This document shows positions 11,211-24,960 of a stretch of DNA of 64,000 nucleotides, piece after piece. The DNA is taken from NCBI GenBank assembly GCA_012026655.1, contig JAAILG010001166.1, positions 1 through 64,000 on the forward strand. The letters are read 5' to 3'. Source of the stretch: Hydrolagus affinis (lineage: Eukaryota). Under the pieces are notes generated by a model. That model had not been told where the DNA came from, ran no database searches, and worked only from the letters and a program-made list of their open reading frames with translations. Within the stretch, counting starts at the first letter, position 1. Each line of letters starts with the position of its first letter. The position numbers and the translations under genes are program-made.

Positions 11211-13469
11211 ACAGTATTATAATATATGTAGATCGTTACAAAAGAAATGCAGATTTAAACCTATTTAATGGAAGCAGTTAACTGCGTCTATATGCAATAT
11301 GTATACTAACCCTTTTTAAAAGCCTGGTTCCAATTATACAGATTTCTTGGTAACCGGGGCATAATTCTCAAGGATAAGATGAAAACTGCTGATATGTTGA
11401 CTCGCATGCTTTGAAGTGTTCCAGCTCTATTTTTTTTCTATCACTGCGGCTTCGATTTATTAATGTCTCAGGAATCTCTCCCCCGCTCTCCCGCATCACC
11501 AACCAGATAAAATTGGGGCTTTTTTGAGAATGTTTGCTGAAGCATTGTGGGAGGAGTGTGAGATTAATTGGTAAGAAATGGGAGAAAACATCAGAGCAAT
11601 CAAAAAGATTCAGCCGGATGAGGCAAGGGCAATGTTTTCACTCTTGAGACAGTCAGTCTGGACTGAGTTCTAACAGCTAATGCTTTCGAGGAAGCCTTTT
11701 TCCTGGAAGGAACAATTACTGAATACCCTTCTGAGTCGTTCTCTTGGTGACCTTGAAACTACTCTGTAGAAACAAAGCATTAGAAGGAAAGGAAAGCTTT
11801 CGTGCTGATGAAAGCGGGTTGAGCCTGTTCATTAAATATAAGATCATCCTTTATCCTCAACCACAGGCATAAAGCAAATGAATTTTTGAAAGCAAACAAC
11901 GAAAGGAAAACACGCACGCAATAACACACTAAGACGGAGTCTTTTTGCCTCCCTGCTGTACTTGTCTGTGACATTTAATTCTAATTGTCTCACACTGCTG
12001 GAATTCTCCTGTAAATCTCTTCAATCTTTAGAGAAAGCTGAAAGCTAGGATTCTGATCTCATGTGGTTAGACAGCAAGATGCGTATTCTAGCTGACAACT
12101 GGCAACAGTCCTCTGCCATTGTTAATTTGGCGTCTTACATTATTTATTAAAGTGAATCGTGCAGTGGAGAGACCACTTTATTTCCCGTCTATTTTAAGCG
12201 TTGAATTCCCTCTTCAGCTTTCCAGGTATTCATCCATCATCCATTTCTATCAAATCACATCTGCAAAAAGGATTTTTTTCTGCCAGTTTACAAAGTTGAA
12301 TATATTACGAAGGCGAGATTCTGAAATCAATGGATCTCATTCACTGATTATTTCTTTGGCCACAATATCCTCGGAATAGATCAATCTTAGTACTGTGCAT
12401 ATTGGGGCCAGACATTGTAACGGATGTCCAAGAGAAACTAGAGCACAAACATCTGTAGCGTAGTGGGACATTATTAAAGAAGTCACCGGGATCTGATTTG
12501 TGTTATTTCTTAACAGGATTTCTTAAGAGAGAAATTGAGTCAACCAGATGGAGAATCCTTTCAGAAGTAGGTCACACCAACCCGATCTATTGGACAATTG
12601 GCAATCCCACAGACTAAAGTGAATTCTAAATGGGATTTTATCTTGGTAAGAAATCCAACACACATCGGGCGCCAGACACCTGAACTTTGGCCTAGTCTCA
12701 GCCGGTAAGACCATTTTGCCCAACATTGAAGATCGTACAGAACATTTGAAAGCTCGTCAGTGCTGTCTCCATTTGGAAGCCGGTTCTTTTTAAGAATTCG
12801 GATAAGGTGACTTCCAAATTAAGACTGAGTTTAAGAATTTTCCACATTACCAAGTGATCTTCAACTTTAAGACATATTGGGCTTTAAGTCAAGGCGGAAT
12901 TCCTGGCATCAGTGCCTTTGGCTCACTAGATTTCGCCCATAAAATGCACTCTGACTGCACTTTGCAGTGGATTGAGATATCTCGAAGAGGTGATGTGGCG
13001 CTATATCAAAGGCAAGGATTGTTTTTCATTATTACATTGTTTAAGTTTGCTTTAAGAGTGAGAAACATAATGTTTGAATCTGTTCTAAAACCTTATTTTT
13101 CATGTCATTTCATGTTGGAAATGATTTAAAAAAATACTCAGAGCAGATGGTAAGGGGGATTGTACAAGCACATGCTGTTGAAGATAATACCACATTTTTT
13201 TTACATTATTACCTTTCCCCAATCCCCCCATGAACATCTCGTTCTACATCCAGCTGATTTTCTGCAGTCACACATGGAGCGAGCCATGAGCTAAACAGCT
13301 GTACTTCACAAACCACAATATCGATGTCCACAAACAAAGTTTTCCTGGAAACATAGGAATGCATTTTCCTGTGAAGATCTGTAAATAGACGCAAGCGTTT
13401 ATTTGGTCACAGCCTTAAAGGAAAACATACTGCATTTCATTAATGTCTCAACGGAACGGAAAGTGGAAT

Positions 13470-13660
13470 AATAATCATAATAATTCTTGCATTTGATATA
13501 ACACCTTATCGTGTCTTCCAGATGAGTCAAAGCGCTTCACAGGAAATTCTGTAAGTGAATTAACTGCATATTTTGTGAGTGAAACGCAGCAGGCAATTGC
13601 GCACAGCAGTGTCCCCACAAATAGTCGTGGATTGAGTGACCAATTTTTTTCATTACGGAT
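13470..13660 (-). mobile_element. SINE 3' half
   Basis: Matches the family 3' module. Confidence 0.85.
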
Positions 13661-16642
13661 AATAATATTTTTCCAATGAGCCACTGGTGATGACTTGACA
13701 TGAACAGGAGCCAGAAAAGCCATTGACCTACCATGAAGGTGAATCAGTGACTGAAGATAACTGGCTGAGCGTCTCATTCGAGGTGCCAACCTCTGCTTCA
13801 TATAACAGAGGGGAGAGATGAGTTACTTTGATAGCTTCTCTCTTTCACAGTTACTGTAAATGTACAGTAGCAATAAACTCTACAGAAGCCCTTAGCTACA
13901 ACCTTTTCCTTATCAAATGTCCCAGCCAACAATCCCCCCCAAATGGAATTGATCCTTACTCCATGGCTGTTTCTGGGACATTGGCTGCCATGTTTTGCCT
14001 CAAAAGTACACAGTCTCTACACTTTACAGTATATTCCGTGAAGCGCTTTGGGGGTGTCTTGAAGACGTGCTAAGACTCTACATTAAAAGCAAGGATTACT
14101 ATTATGTGAAAATTGGCTGTCAAATTCACCCACAAAACACAGTCACTGAACTCTACATTGTATCCTGTGAATCGCTTTGAGACATGTGAAATGCACTATA
14201 TGACTACACCAACAATGCAGCACTACCCCTCAATATTGCATCGGACTGTCAATTGGAACCATTATCTTAAAATAAAAGGAGAGATATAATTTCCATACCA
14301 CCTCTCCCCCTGCAGCCTCTCACCATGACTTTCATGTGCCTCCTACCAACCAATTATTCAGTGCAGTTTCGTTCACAAAACATACAGTCAATTTACTTTA
14401 AGTTATACTTTGTGGAAAGCTTTGAGACATCTCAAAGTCGTGATAAGGCACTATATATTCTTAGCTTGACAGCGGTTGCTGTTTAGGTCTGCAGCCTGTT
14501 ATAGTAGCCCTGAAAAAATATATTTTAGGTGAGGAGAGAAAAGGAAAATAATGAAATAAATTTCTGTAGCAGACCAGCAAAATGGCTTCTCCACGTTTAT
14601 GCAAAGTGACATTTATTTCTGTAAAATAAATACCTTATATATACATACATAGATTCAGCTGGGTAAATTTTTTCAGTTTATACCCCATGTACTCAGCTCA
14701 TTTATAGATATCAACTTGCAGGTAAAAAGGTTTTTCGTTCTCTAAAAGCAAATGAACTTTATCAAATGCAATGGCGAAAAAAATAGCTCGATCCATTTGG
14801 TCCACGCATTTGAAACAGAATCAAATTGCTTTTGAGTTTCTGAAACGTCTTGGGATTTGAATGACATTGATAAATCCTGAAGATTGCCATCTGAGAAACT
14901 CGATCTTATTGCCTTGCAACCACCAGCTCATTTTCTTCATGTGGCTAAAAAGATCTACCTACAGAAGAGTAGTGAGTCTATCGCTCTCGTTAACTTCAGG
15001 CATCAATGCATTGTGAGCAAAGGTGCCAGATGAACTTGAAAGCACCTTCACATCTGATTTAGAAGATTGTGAGTTCAAAGCCCGACTTGGAGCTTGTCTC
15101 ACATAGCATAAACCGACCGTGGATCTTGCATTAACAGAGATCCCGTACTTCACACGAGACTTCAACCAAGTTCCTGATTGCCTGTCTTTATTTATTCCAT
15201 TGCCACTGTTGGGAAAGAGAAGGTTTTTTTCTTGTCCCTTTGTTAGTCACTCTTAAACCATGAAGTCGGAATTACAACAACAACAAAATTATATTCGTAC
15301 AGCGGCTTTCAAGTCGGGAGGATGTCCCAAGGCGCTGAAATTCGAAATATAATACAAAATCACATTTCACGTCATGAAGAAGTCCCAAGGCGCTCGACAT
15401 CAGGGAATTGGCCCAGAGCAGGGGGTGGTGGGGGGAATGAATTTGAAGTTACACTTAATTTCTATTTGATGGGGCAACAGATTCTGAAAACAGTAGGACT
15501 GTTGTTCTGTGCATGGCAATACTCCAGACATTGGTTTGGAACCAAACGTCTGATTGCTGCCAATGGTGAATTGAGGCATTTAAATCTCTAGATCATACCT
15601 CCCAGCAAGACATAGCTAAGTGGGGGATTCATTTCTCATCCAATGAGGTATTGAAACCATTCATCAGGAAATGGGCTCCATTGAGCTTTGGATATCCTTT
15701 TACTGAAACAAACATCCATCACCTCTCTCACAAAAGAATGACAGTTATTCAATGCATCTGAGACAAACTCCATTTCTAAACTCCCAACACCCAGACACTG
15801 GCAGAGATTTAGCTCCCAGGCAGTTTTCCTGGAAATGTTTTTTTTTATTTGTTCAACTTGACAATGAAATGGATGCAGAGTTCGTGATACATCCTGCAAC
15901 ATCTCTCAAGTTAATCATTGGTGCTACGTTATAATAACACGCTCATTGCTAACCTTCGATCATTTTAGTGACAACCAGGGGCGGTACTATTTAAAATAGA
16001 ATAACATTCTAGTTTTGTAGAAAGGCTGGAATTCAATATTCCTCCATTATGCATAACTCTCTAGCTTATTAGTCAGCATTGCGGACCACTGTCATAGGAT
16101 AATTCTGCGTAGTATTCTGCGCAAATCCAACACTGCGCTGTAAACTGAGCTCCATAAGAGGATTATGGTCCTCATTAATCGTTATTCTTCAGTTGGATAA
16201 GAAGCTCATCTGATCTGATCTTCCACGAATCACGGGTAAGAAGCAGTGTCTGCCCACGTCACATCTGTGGTAATTTATACAGTTCTCTCTTGCTGTTGTC
16301 TGCTGACGTGAAAGACCCTCTGTAAATGTAATCTTATTGTTGTTGTCTCGCCAGGCAATAGTGACAAAAATCAGTCTTTAGAAATAAGAGTATCAATGTG
16401 AAATATATTTTGTCTTATTATTCAAAATGTGTAATATGAAAGTACCTTGTATGGATTGATCAGCTCTCTGTAACTCAAACACACTTGCCTGAAGTTCACA
16501 GGCTGCAATTCTTTCTTCAGAAGGAGCCCATTGTGTATTTTCTTTGGTCGCGTAGCAACAGAATGAATCTCAGGTGGGAAAGCACTATTTTCGAGTGAGC
16601 ATTATGTTGATAATGTCCCACATGAGCAATATTGTCTGGTAA

Positions 16643-17000
16643 GAGCCTGGCTCAGGTGGGAGCATCTCATCTCTTTCAAGCCCTGTATGAGGACTTTGAG
16701 CTGACAGTCTGGGCTGGCAGTTCAGTGCAATGCTGGGGGTGCACTGCCTTGTCAGACATACTGTGCTTCGGATGAAATGTTGAACCAAGTTTCCGTTCAG
16801 ATAGACTTGAATGATCCCATAGCCGTGTTTGAAAAGGTAAGGGAATTTCATTCAGTGTCGTGGCTAACAATCCCCAGATAAAATTGATTGCCGTGCAGGC
16901 TTGCAAGATACGTATTACAAGACTTCACAGTAAATCCTGCGAAGCTCTTCATGATATCTCGATGATGTCTAAGGTGTTATCTCATATGCAGGGATGATTA
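16643..17000 (+). mobile_element. Old Deu-domain SINE
   Basis: CTGGCTCAG head; CAGTGCAATGCTGGGGGTGCACTGCCTTGTC..TTCGGATGAAATGTTGAACC..GATCCCATAGC; degenerate tail. Confidence 0.7.
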
Positions 17001-18299
17001 CATTGATCGTTACCCAAATGATTCCATCTATTTATGAACAGATGAAAGACTCAAACACTACTAACCAACAACCAGTTGCTTGCCCGTTCACTATTTGAGA
17101 AATACAAATGTACAGCCAACTACAGAGGAATGTTTCCTCTAAATTATAACATTTAAATATGAATATCCTTTTCCATAGCTGTATGCGGTAGAAAGGTAAT
17201 AGCAATGAGGTAGTAGCGAGGTAGTGTGAAGCATTCCGGGATGCTACCGACTTGAAGGGTGCTATATAAATGCACGTTGTTGTTTGCTGTTTAAACAATA
17301 AAAATTACTCAAATCCCAGACCACAAACTTAATCTGTTTTATGGCTCATCAAAAGCGATATAACTCACATGATTCTTTGTACAAACCCACCAACCTCTAG
17401 TCTTTATATAATAGACTATTATGAGGGTGATATAAAAATAGAAAATGATTAAGTGTGCGGACACAAAAAGCAGTATTAACATCCATCAAATATTCCTTTA
17501 TCCCTATCTGGTAATGTATTTATATATTTTCTATATATATATATATAGAAATAAAATGATCAAGCGGATAATTTTAATGGCTAAAGCACATAGAGCAACT
17601 GGAGAATGAATCTAGATAAACTGCACGTGAAAAGTACAGAACGTGTAGCATTCATGCATCAGTCGCACTCACATCAGCCACACTGGGAACATTATGAGGC
17701 TAAAGTTCTCTTCCAAACCTGGAAAAAAGTGGAATTGAAACAAGACCGGCTTCAGCGATCAAATTCTAAGGTACGGCTTCATTCCAACATGAGAAAAAAA
17801 TCTTGCAACATTTTTCCTCATTCAATCTACGCTTTTGTGCAACGGCATTTCGTTTGAAATTGCTAACTGCCTTTTTTTTTTCCTAAATAGTGCTTTGAGA
17901 TAAATAGGGTGCAAAATCCTTTTTACGAATATTTTCCTCCTCGTTTAAAGATTAATTCCATATGCCACTCCCTCTGCATTCATACCTGCTCTCAAACTGT
18001 TGTGATGGTCCACAGAGAGCAGCCAAGATAACTCCCTGGCCATTTCCACTTCATCGCTATATGTAAGAGTTTCTGGGAAAGTTTCCGAAACCCACTGTTT
18101 ATTTGGAATTGGAAGGTGTCAAAACCTCTGAACTCGTACTTTGTAGTTTAGGGCTTAAAACTGAAATGTTTATTTTAAAATGCAGAGTCTAATACAGAGT
18201 GGATAAAATGCAATATTGCAGTCAATCTAGATGAAGTAAAAACACATGTTGATACAAATTAGTGGAGTTTTAATGCTGTGTTTTATGACAATAATAATT

Positions 18300-18527
18300 A
18301 AGGAAATAATCCGTTAAAAATATTTGGTCATTTCAATCCATGACTGTTTGTGGGACACTGTGGTGCACATTTGTTTGGCTGCCACGTTTCTCCTGTAAAA
18401 TATACAGTCAATTCACTTTACAGTATATTCTGTGAAGCGCTTTGAGGTGTCTAGAAGATGTGGCACTTTATCAAATGGCGCTTTATCAAATGCGCTTTAT
18501 CAATGCAAGGATTATTATTATTATTAT
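18300..18527 (+). mobile_element. SINE 3' half with stuttered tail
   Basis: Family 3' module; CTTTATCAA(AT) occurs three times at 18460-18505. Confidence 0.88.
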
Positions 18528-19675
18528 ATAGCAGACATCAGCTAATGGAACCTGTTATGAAATCATTTAGTTATACGGGATTACGTTAGAAATGACTTTA
18601 TTTTGCCCCCCAAATATTTTTAATGGAAAAGTTGATTCACACAAAAAATGTAGACAAAGTTGTTCTATGACAGATATAAAGGGTCATTCTCTAATCAACG
18701 ATACATTTACAGATCATGCATCTAATTCTCTCCGTAGCGAGTGATGCTAAGTGTAAACCGTTATCACTCGCATTCCCATTCCCCACTCATCCAATAACTT
18801 ACCCCTTCATTGTAGTACTAGGAATTGTAGTACTGTGAAACAATCCATTGAATATGGATCAGAGCTAAAAATACATCTACTTGGTGAAAAGAGCGCAAAT
18901 GGTATTTAGTCTGGAAAGAATGAGATTGGATGGGCCAAAGTTCTTCATCTGAACTAACGTAATCTTGTGAGATGAAAAATTGATTCAATTGACAGGCCTT
19001 GGATCAAAATATTAGGAATTATTTTGCTTTGCAAGTGTTCTCGTATAAAATATTCATTGGATGGACGTTGCTATCAGTTTTACAATCTGTTTTTTATTTC
19101 ATTTCCATCTTTTCCAACATTACTTGACAACAGACCAGATGTTTACATGGCTCACTGTTTCGGGATCTGCTACATAATCTAGGGAGGAAAAACCTCAGCA
19201 CTGTGACACTGATCTCTTCAATAGAGGCCTTGATACCATATGATTTCCTTCCTCCAGTACAAAAACTAAAAACAATAGCTTCTCAAAATAAACAACTTTC
19301 ACAATGGATGAAGAACAGGGGGTGACGTAGTCAACACAAAGAATATTAGTCTGTTTAATGCTCAAAAAGTTTATGGGACCATCCGTATATAAAGAAGGAG
19401 TATCGTTCTGCTCCATACTGTCTGAACTTTGCTATCATCTTTGCAGGAAAGTACAGGAGAAGCGATCATCCTAAACTTCAGTATCCAGATCTATCATCAT
19501 TTAAAGGCAATTGGGTGGTTGCCTGTCTTTCAAACAATAGGTTTCTCTTCAGAAAATCTTCTGGCATCTGTACAATGCATTTCACTAATGATACAACTAA
19601 GATTGGGAATTCAGCAAGTGGGAAAATTACAGATGCTGTGATCATCATAAAGTTTCTATCTTTTCGCTTTCCTGT

Positions 19676-20002
19676 GGAGTCCTGTAGCATAGTGGGAAGA
19701 CCCTTAGGCAAGTTTCCGTACTCCAAATACACTCCTCTGTTTACCTAGCAGTAAATAAGAACCCATTTGTGGGTCGATTGGTGGATTACTTTCTGGAGGT
19801 AATAATTTTTCTGAAAAACACACAATAATTTGGTCAGTCAATCCCTTGACTGTTTGTGGGACACTCTTGTGTGGAATTAGCTGACATATTTCATCCACAA
19901 AAATATACAATCAATCCATTTTACAGTATATTTTCTGAAGTGCTTTTGGGATATCTCAGCGACATAATGAGACACTATATCAAATGCAAGTATGATTATT
20001 AT
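19676..20002 (+). mobile_element. SINE, long form, with deleted tRNA middle
   Basis: GGAGTCCTGTAGC head joined to the core, then the long segment and tail. Confidence 0.85.
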
Positions 20003-20749
20003 GGTTACAGCAGTCCGCAAAGAGTTAATTTCCAGAGTTAATTTCTCTATGTTTCCAAAAGAACATAGAGATTCGAAAGTGATAGATTGCACAGAAGTGA
20101 GGCAAAGAGGAATAAGGGTTAAGTCTGTCTAGGAGGTATTTTTCTTCAAAGCTAAGTATAGGTTTACATCGATTGTGGGATCGTCAATGCCAGTCATTAC
20201 CTCTGCAATGAGAGGTAATGAGAAAAAATTCTTTGAAAATAATTCAAAGAAACCCTTGGCAACATGAGCATTTTAAATGGATGTTTCTTCAATGCAGCTT
20301 TTTCACTTTAATTGCATAAACTTTAATTAAATGGAAAGCTACAATGCTTATACACATGGACATAAGTAAATATGAAATGGTACGTTGTTGGGAGTAGGTA
20401 CAACAACAACAAAATTACACTTGTCTAGCACCTTTCAGTCTATTTCTTTGACAGAACCCTGCCTAAATTATGCCACTGAAGACTAGCTCATTTATTTATT
20501 TAATCTTTTTATTAATACAAGAGAAAGTAATACAGTATGTGCTTGGCTACACAACCAACTAAGCCAAATGTACTTTTGAGAAATTAATCTGCTTTCGAGA
20601 ACATATCACGTGGATCACATATGTCTAACATATGTTGGACAAAATTATGCTTTGTCTGTACTTTGACTTCAATTCCTTTCACAAGTAATTTGTAAATCAA
20701 ACCTGAAAATGCTTCAGGGAATGAAATCCCTTAAGAGTGTCAAAACCGA

Positions 20750-20910
20750 ACAAAAAGCCAATTTTCCACCATAGTAAATGGAATTCTAGGTATTATGATA
20801 TAAGCTGTTAAATATGAGGTGGAAGGCGGCAATGATACATTTATACAAGAGATTGCTTAGACTCCATTTGGGTCAGTGTTGGACACCCAATTACCTAGGA
20901 AGGGCATCAA
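20750..20910 (+). mobile_element. Decayed CR1 LINE ORF2 C-terminal fragment (continues ~21130-21430 after a SINE)
   Basis: Degenerate match to the CR1 motif ANxxLGxI..YK..M..LYK.LxRxHL..CVQFWxP..RKD. Confidence 0.65.
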
Positions 20911-22926
20911 TATTAGTAATAGTAATAACAATAATAATCCTTGCATTTGATAGAATACCTTATCACATTTTCTAGATACAGTACCTCACAGCACTTCACA
21001 GAAAATGAATTTACAGTTTGTTTCTGTGGGAGGAACAAGGCAGGCAGCCAATATTGCACAGCAGTGTCCCATAAACAATAACGATTTACTAAGTTAATAC
21101 CAACGACAAGAAGTAGTGGGATTTCATAGAGTTTTTTTTAAAAAATTATAATTAATTTAGAATAGGATTAATTGAAAAAGGCTAATCTCGCTGATAATCT
21201 TCAATATCATGTTCCTGAATCGTTAAGTCAGAAGCATGAAATGGAAGATTATCAACCAAATTGAAGATTTATTTGTGACCAGGAGCGTTCTTAAAATATT
21301 AATGTTGTCAGCATTCGATCAGGGCTTGAAGGAAACTATTAGAGAAGATTGGAAACAACATTTGTATAGCGCCTTTCACTTCGGGAGGAACAGAAGGGGA
21401 ATGGGATTAGAGTAAATAGTTAGGGACAAGCACTGCGCTGAACTTGGTACAAAACTAAATTATATTTGTACAGCGCCTATCACGTCGGGAGGAAGTCCAA
21501 GGTGCTGGACAGTCAGGGAGGTGGGGTAATGTTAGAGGGTGGCCGTCAAAGGGGAGGGTCTTGAGACATTTCTCCGTTGAGCGGAGGGAAGGGAGTAGGA
21601 CAGTTTGACATGTTGATGAACTGATTGACTGCATCTGTGTTTCACGATATATCCATCATTGACCACTAAATCATGCTCAGGGAGGAATCTCCTCTGTGCT
21701 TGGTTTAAGACAGGCATGGCTTCTCTTGAGAGATTTTATTGTAACATAAAACATTATAACATAAAACATAAAATAGAATAAACTCCTCTGTTGTCTTGGA
21801 ATGTCCCCAGGATGTGAAACGCGCTCTACAAATGTAATTTATTGCTGTTGTTGTTGTGCTACTTAATTCACCTTCTCACTCTAATAAGGTACATTTTCCA
21901 CAAGAAAATTAGATGGTGCAAAAACTCTTTGCCAAATATAATTGATTAGTAATGAAAGTGAAAGTTGTTGTATAGGCAAGTTTGGAAGCTAATCCGCAGC
22001 AGTGACAGAAAACAAATTGGTGAGTAACCATTAATTTCACTTAACAGTTGTCGTTACACTTTACAATCTTGCGCTTTGTTGAGCTCTATGATTTTTAGGG
22101 AAGGAGACATCAGAGAAACTTGTTATATTTTATAAGTCAATGTTTTGAGTTACAATAAATTGGCTTGTAAGAGAAGATATGCCTGTCTCAAGTCTGACTT
22201 CATAATGAACTGTTGCCAGATGTGTAGACATTGAGAGTTCAGCAAAACCCACAGGCTTCCAATGGTTTAGTCTTTGTGGCCTGGCAAATTATTGCATTTA
22301 ACCTGATTGATCCCAACTTCACAATGGTTTTAATGATCAATACAACAATCATTAGAATAACTTCCATTTTTATGACGTGTCACTGTGCAATATCAAACAA
22401 ACAAGAGTATGGTTACAATCAACGGAAAATTAAGAGTATTTTTCTGCTTTCCTTTAATGCTTTAGATGAATACATTGCCTGAATATAATATGGTTCTGGT
22501 TAACATTCACTTGAATTTGGTAACAATTTGAGTAATACAGTATTGTTACCAATATTGTCCTAATGTACTTTCTTGAAATGTGCTTGCAGTTAGAGATGGA
22601 ATGTGTCATTTTAGCCTGTTAACTCTTAGTCAACGTGTTAGCAGATGCTATGAGTTGCAATGTGATTCATTTGTACCCGATCTTAGACAGCTCATTCAGG
22701 ATATTGTGGTGGGCGGGAGCTTATGGTAGAACAGATGTGTTATCTGATCAGATGAATCGAATAGGAATTCAAAACAATGAGCAGAATTCTCTATTATTGA
22801 TTTGCAGAATTGGAAGAGAGATTATTCTTGCTGAAGTTTGTAAATTCGCTGAGTATTTTCCAAGAGATTATTGAATGAGGAATCCAAATGCAAACCCAAC
22901 ACACTGCTCCTCGTGCAACACATTGG

Positions 22927-23305
22927 AGGAGTCCTGTAGCTCAGTGGTTAGAGCACTCGGTTTACAAGCGAGGAACCTGGATTCAATTCCAGGCAGAGTG
23001 AAACCTTGGGCAAGTTTCCTTACTCCACACACCTAATAATAATCCCTCAAAAAAATAATAAATTGGTCATTCTCAATCCACGACTGTTTGTTAGTCAATT
23101 GGCGGAACGCTTTTCTAGGGGTAATGATTCCTTTAAAAAAAATTGGTCATTCAATCCACAGCTGTTTGTGGAACACTGCTGTGTGCAATTGGCTGCTGTG
23201 TTTTGCTCATAAAATATACACTTTACAGTATACTCTGTGAAGCGCTTTGAGGCGTCTCAAAGATGTGATAAGGTGCAATATCAAATGCAAGGATTACTAT
23301 TCTTA
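22927..23305 (+). mobile_element. SINE, hybrid short/long form
   Basis: Full tRNA head, short-form junction, then part of the long-form segment, giving a duplicated AATTGGTCATT..CAATCCAC block. Confidence 0.9.
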
Positions 23306-24129
23306 TTTAGTTCCGATATTAGGTGACAAAATATCTGCAGGGAACGGGTAGATAATTCTTCCTGAGGTTGAACTAACTCCAAAGACAGCTATTGTCTATT
23401 GCCTGGCTTCAGGAGACCAAGGCAGAAATAAAAGTGAAGATATATTTTCAACAAACTAGCCAATGCCAATTAATAAAGTGGTCAGATGATCTTCTCTCGA
23501 TGTTAGAGAATGTGACACATTATTTTTCAAAGCTCACATTATCAGTGATGTTGGCAGAGATATTCTATGGCAGGAAGCTAATTAACACATAAAAATTTTG
23601 TCCTTATATTTTAGCAAATATTTTGATTGTCAGAATGTAAGTGGAGAAAATGTAAATTGAATTTGTAGTTAAACCTGGGAATCTGCTATGACATCAAGCA
23701 AGACTTGAAATAAATATAGGCACTTAGTACTGAACAAACAATGCCTTATTTTTACTTAAGACGAGAAAGGCTTTTTACAAACACGTGGAACACCATGGCA
23801 CCTCATAAAATAGCGAAGGCCTTTCAGAATGAATATTGATGAAACCACCACATCCATTGATGAATATTAGTTGGGACATTCAAATATTACTTTTGAAACT
23901 TTAATGGCATAGAGGAATATTATTTGTAATGTGGAAATCAATGGAAAGAAGATTTTTCTTTAAATAGCCAACTAATGCAAAGTACAATGCTGGCTGAATA
24001 AAATAAATTTGGGTCACAACTCGAAGGTTAAAGTTAAACAGGTTCAAAACTAAACTAGGTTTTGCCCCCAAATTGCATTTGATCAAGATTGCTGAGCGGA
24101 GGCAGCGGACAGATTGATAAGCAGTTAGC

Positions 24130-24960
24130 AGTCAGAGAGATAGAGGAGGCAAGGCCATGGAGGGCCTTGAAGGTGAGGATGAGAATTTCAAACTCGGTCC
24201 ACTGAGGGATAGGGAGCCAGTGGAGCCAAGCAAGGGTGGGTGTGATAGGGTGTCACAGAGCCTGTGGGGGAGAGGACACGAGCTGCAGTTTGGATGATCT
24301 ATAACATGTGGAGGGCTTTGGATATGTGAGCCTAGTTGCAATGAAGACAAGTATCTGGGTTTCGGCGGCCTGAGGGGTGAGGGAAAGGGGGCGGTCAGGT
24401 AATGTTGCGGAGGTGAGGGAAGGCAGAAACAGACGGTCATCAACAACAACAAAAAAAAAAATTGCATTTGTAGAGCGCCTTTCACGTCTGGAGGATGTCC
24501 CAGGGCGCTGAACGATCATGGCACGGATGTGGGGAAGAAAGACACTTGACCTGAGGTGGTGTGTGCACCCATGGAAGCTGATGCTGCCAGTCCCTGTGGC
24601 GTGGACGGACTGGCGTGAGCCAATCAGGAGAGCCTCAGTCTTGTTGACGTTCAACTAGAAAGTTTGACAATCTGTCAGAGTATCAGTAGTGCTGGGGTCA
24701 AGGATGGAGGCTGAGAGATAGAGTTGGTTGTCATCCACGTACATGTGGAAGTTGACCCCGTGTCTGTCACCAAGAGAGGGCTTGTAGTGTCTGAAGAGGA
24801 GACGATCGAGAGCAGAGCCCTGAGGAACACACATGAGATGGTGAGGGGCTGGATGAAAAGTCATTTGTGGAGACAAAGTGGAGCCGGTGTGAGAGATAGG
24901 ACAAAACCATTCAAGGACAGAACCTTGAGAAATGATTGTAGAGGCGGGAGGATCAATTAG
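24130..24960 (-). mobile_element. Decayed L2 RT fragment with a younger L2 3' tail nested at ~24440-24515
   Basis: VPQGSAL, GVNFHMYVDDNQLYLS, NVNKTEALLIG motifs on the minus strand, interrupted by a hairpin-plus-(TTG)n tail. Confidence 0.9.
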
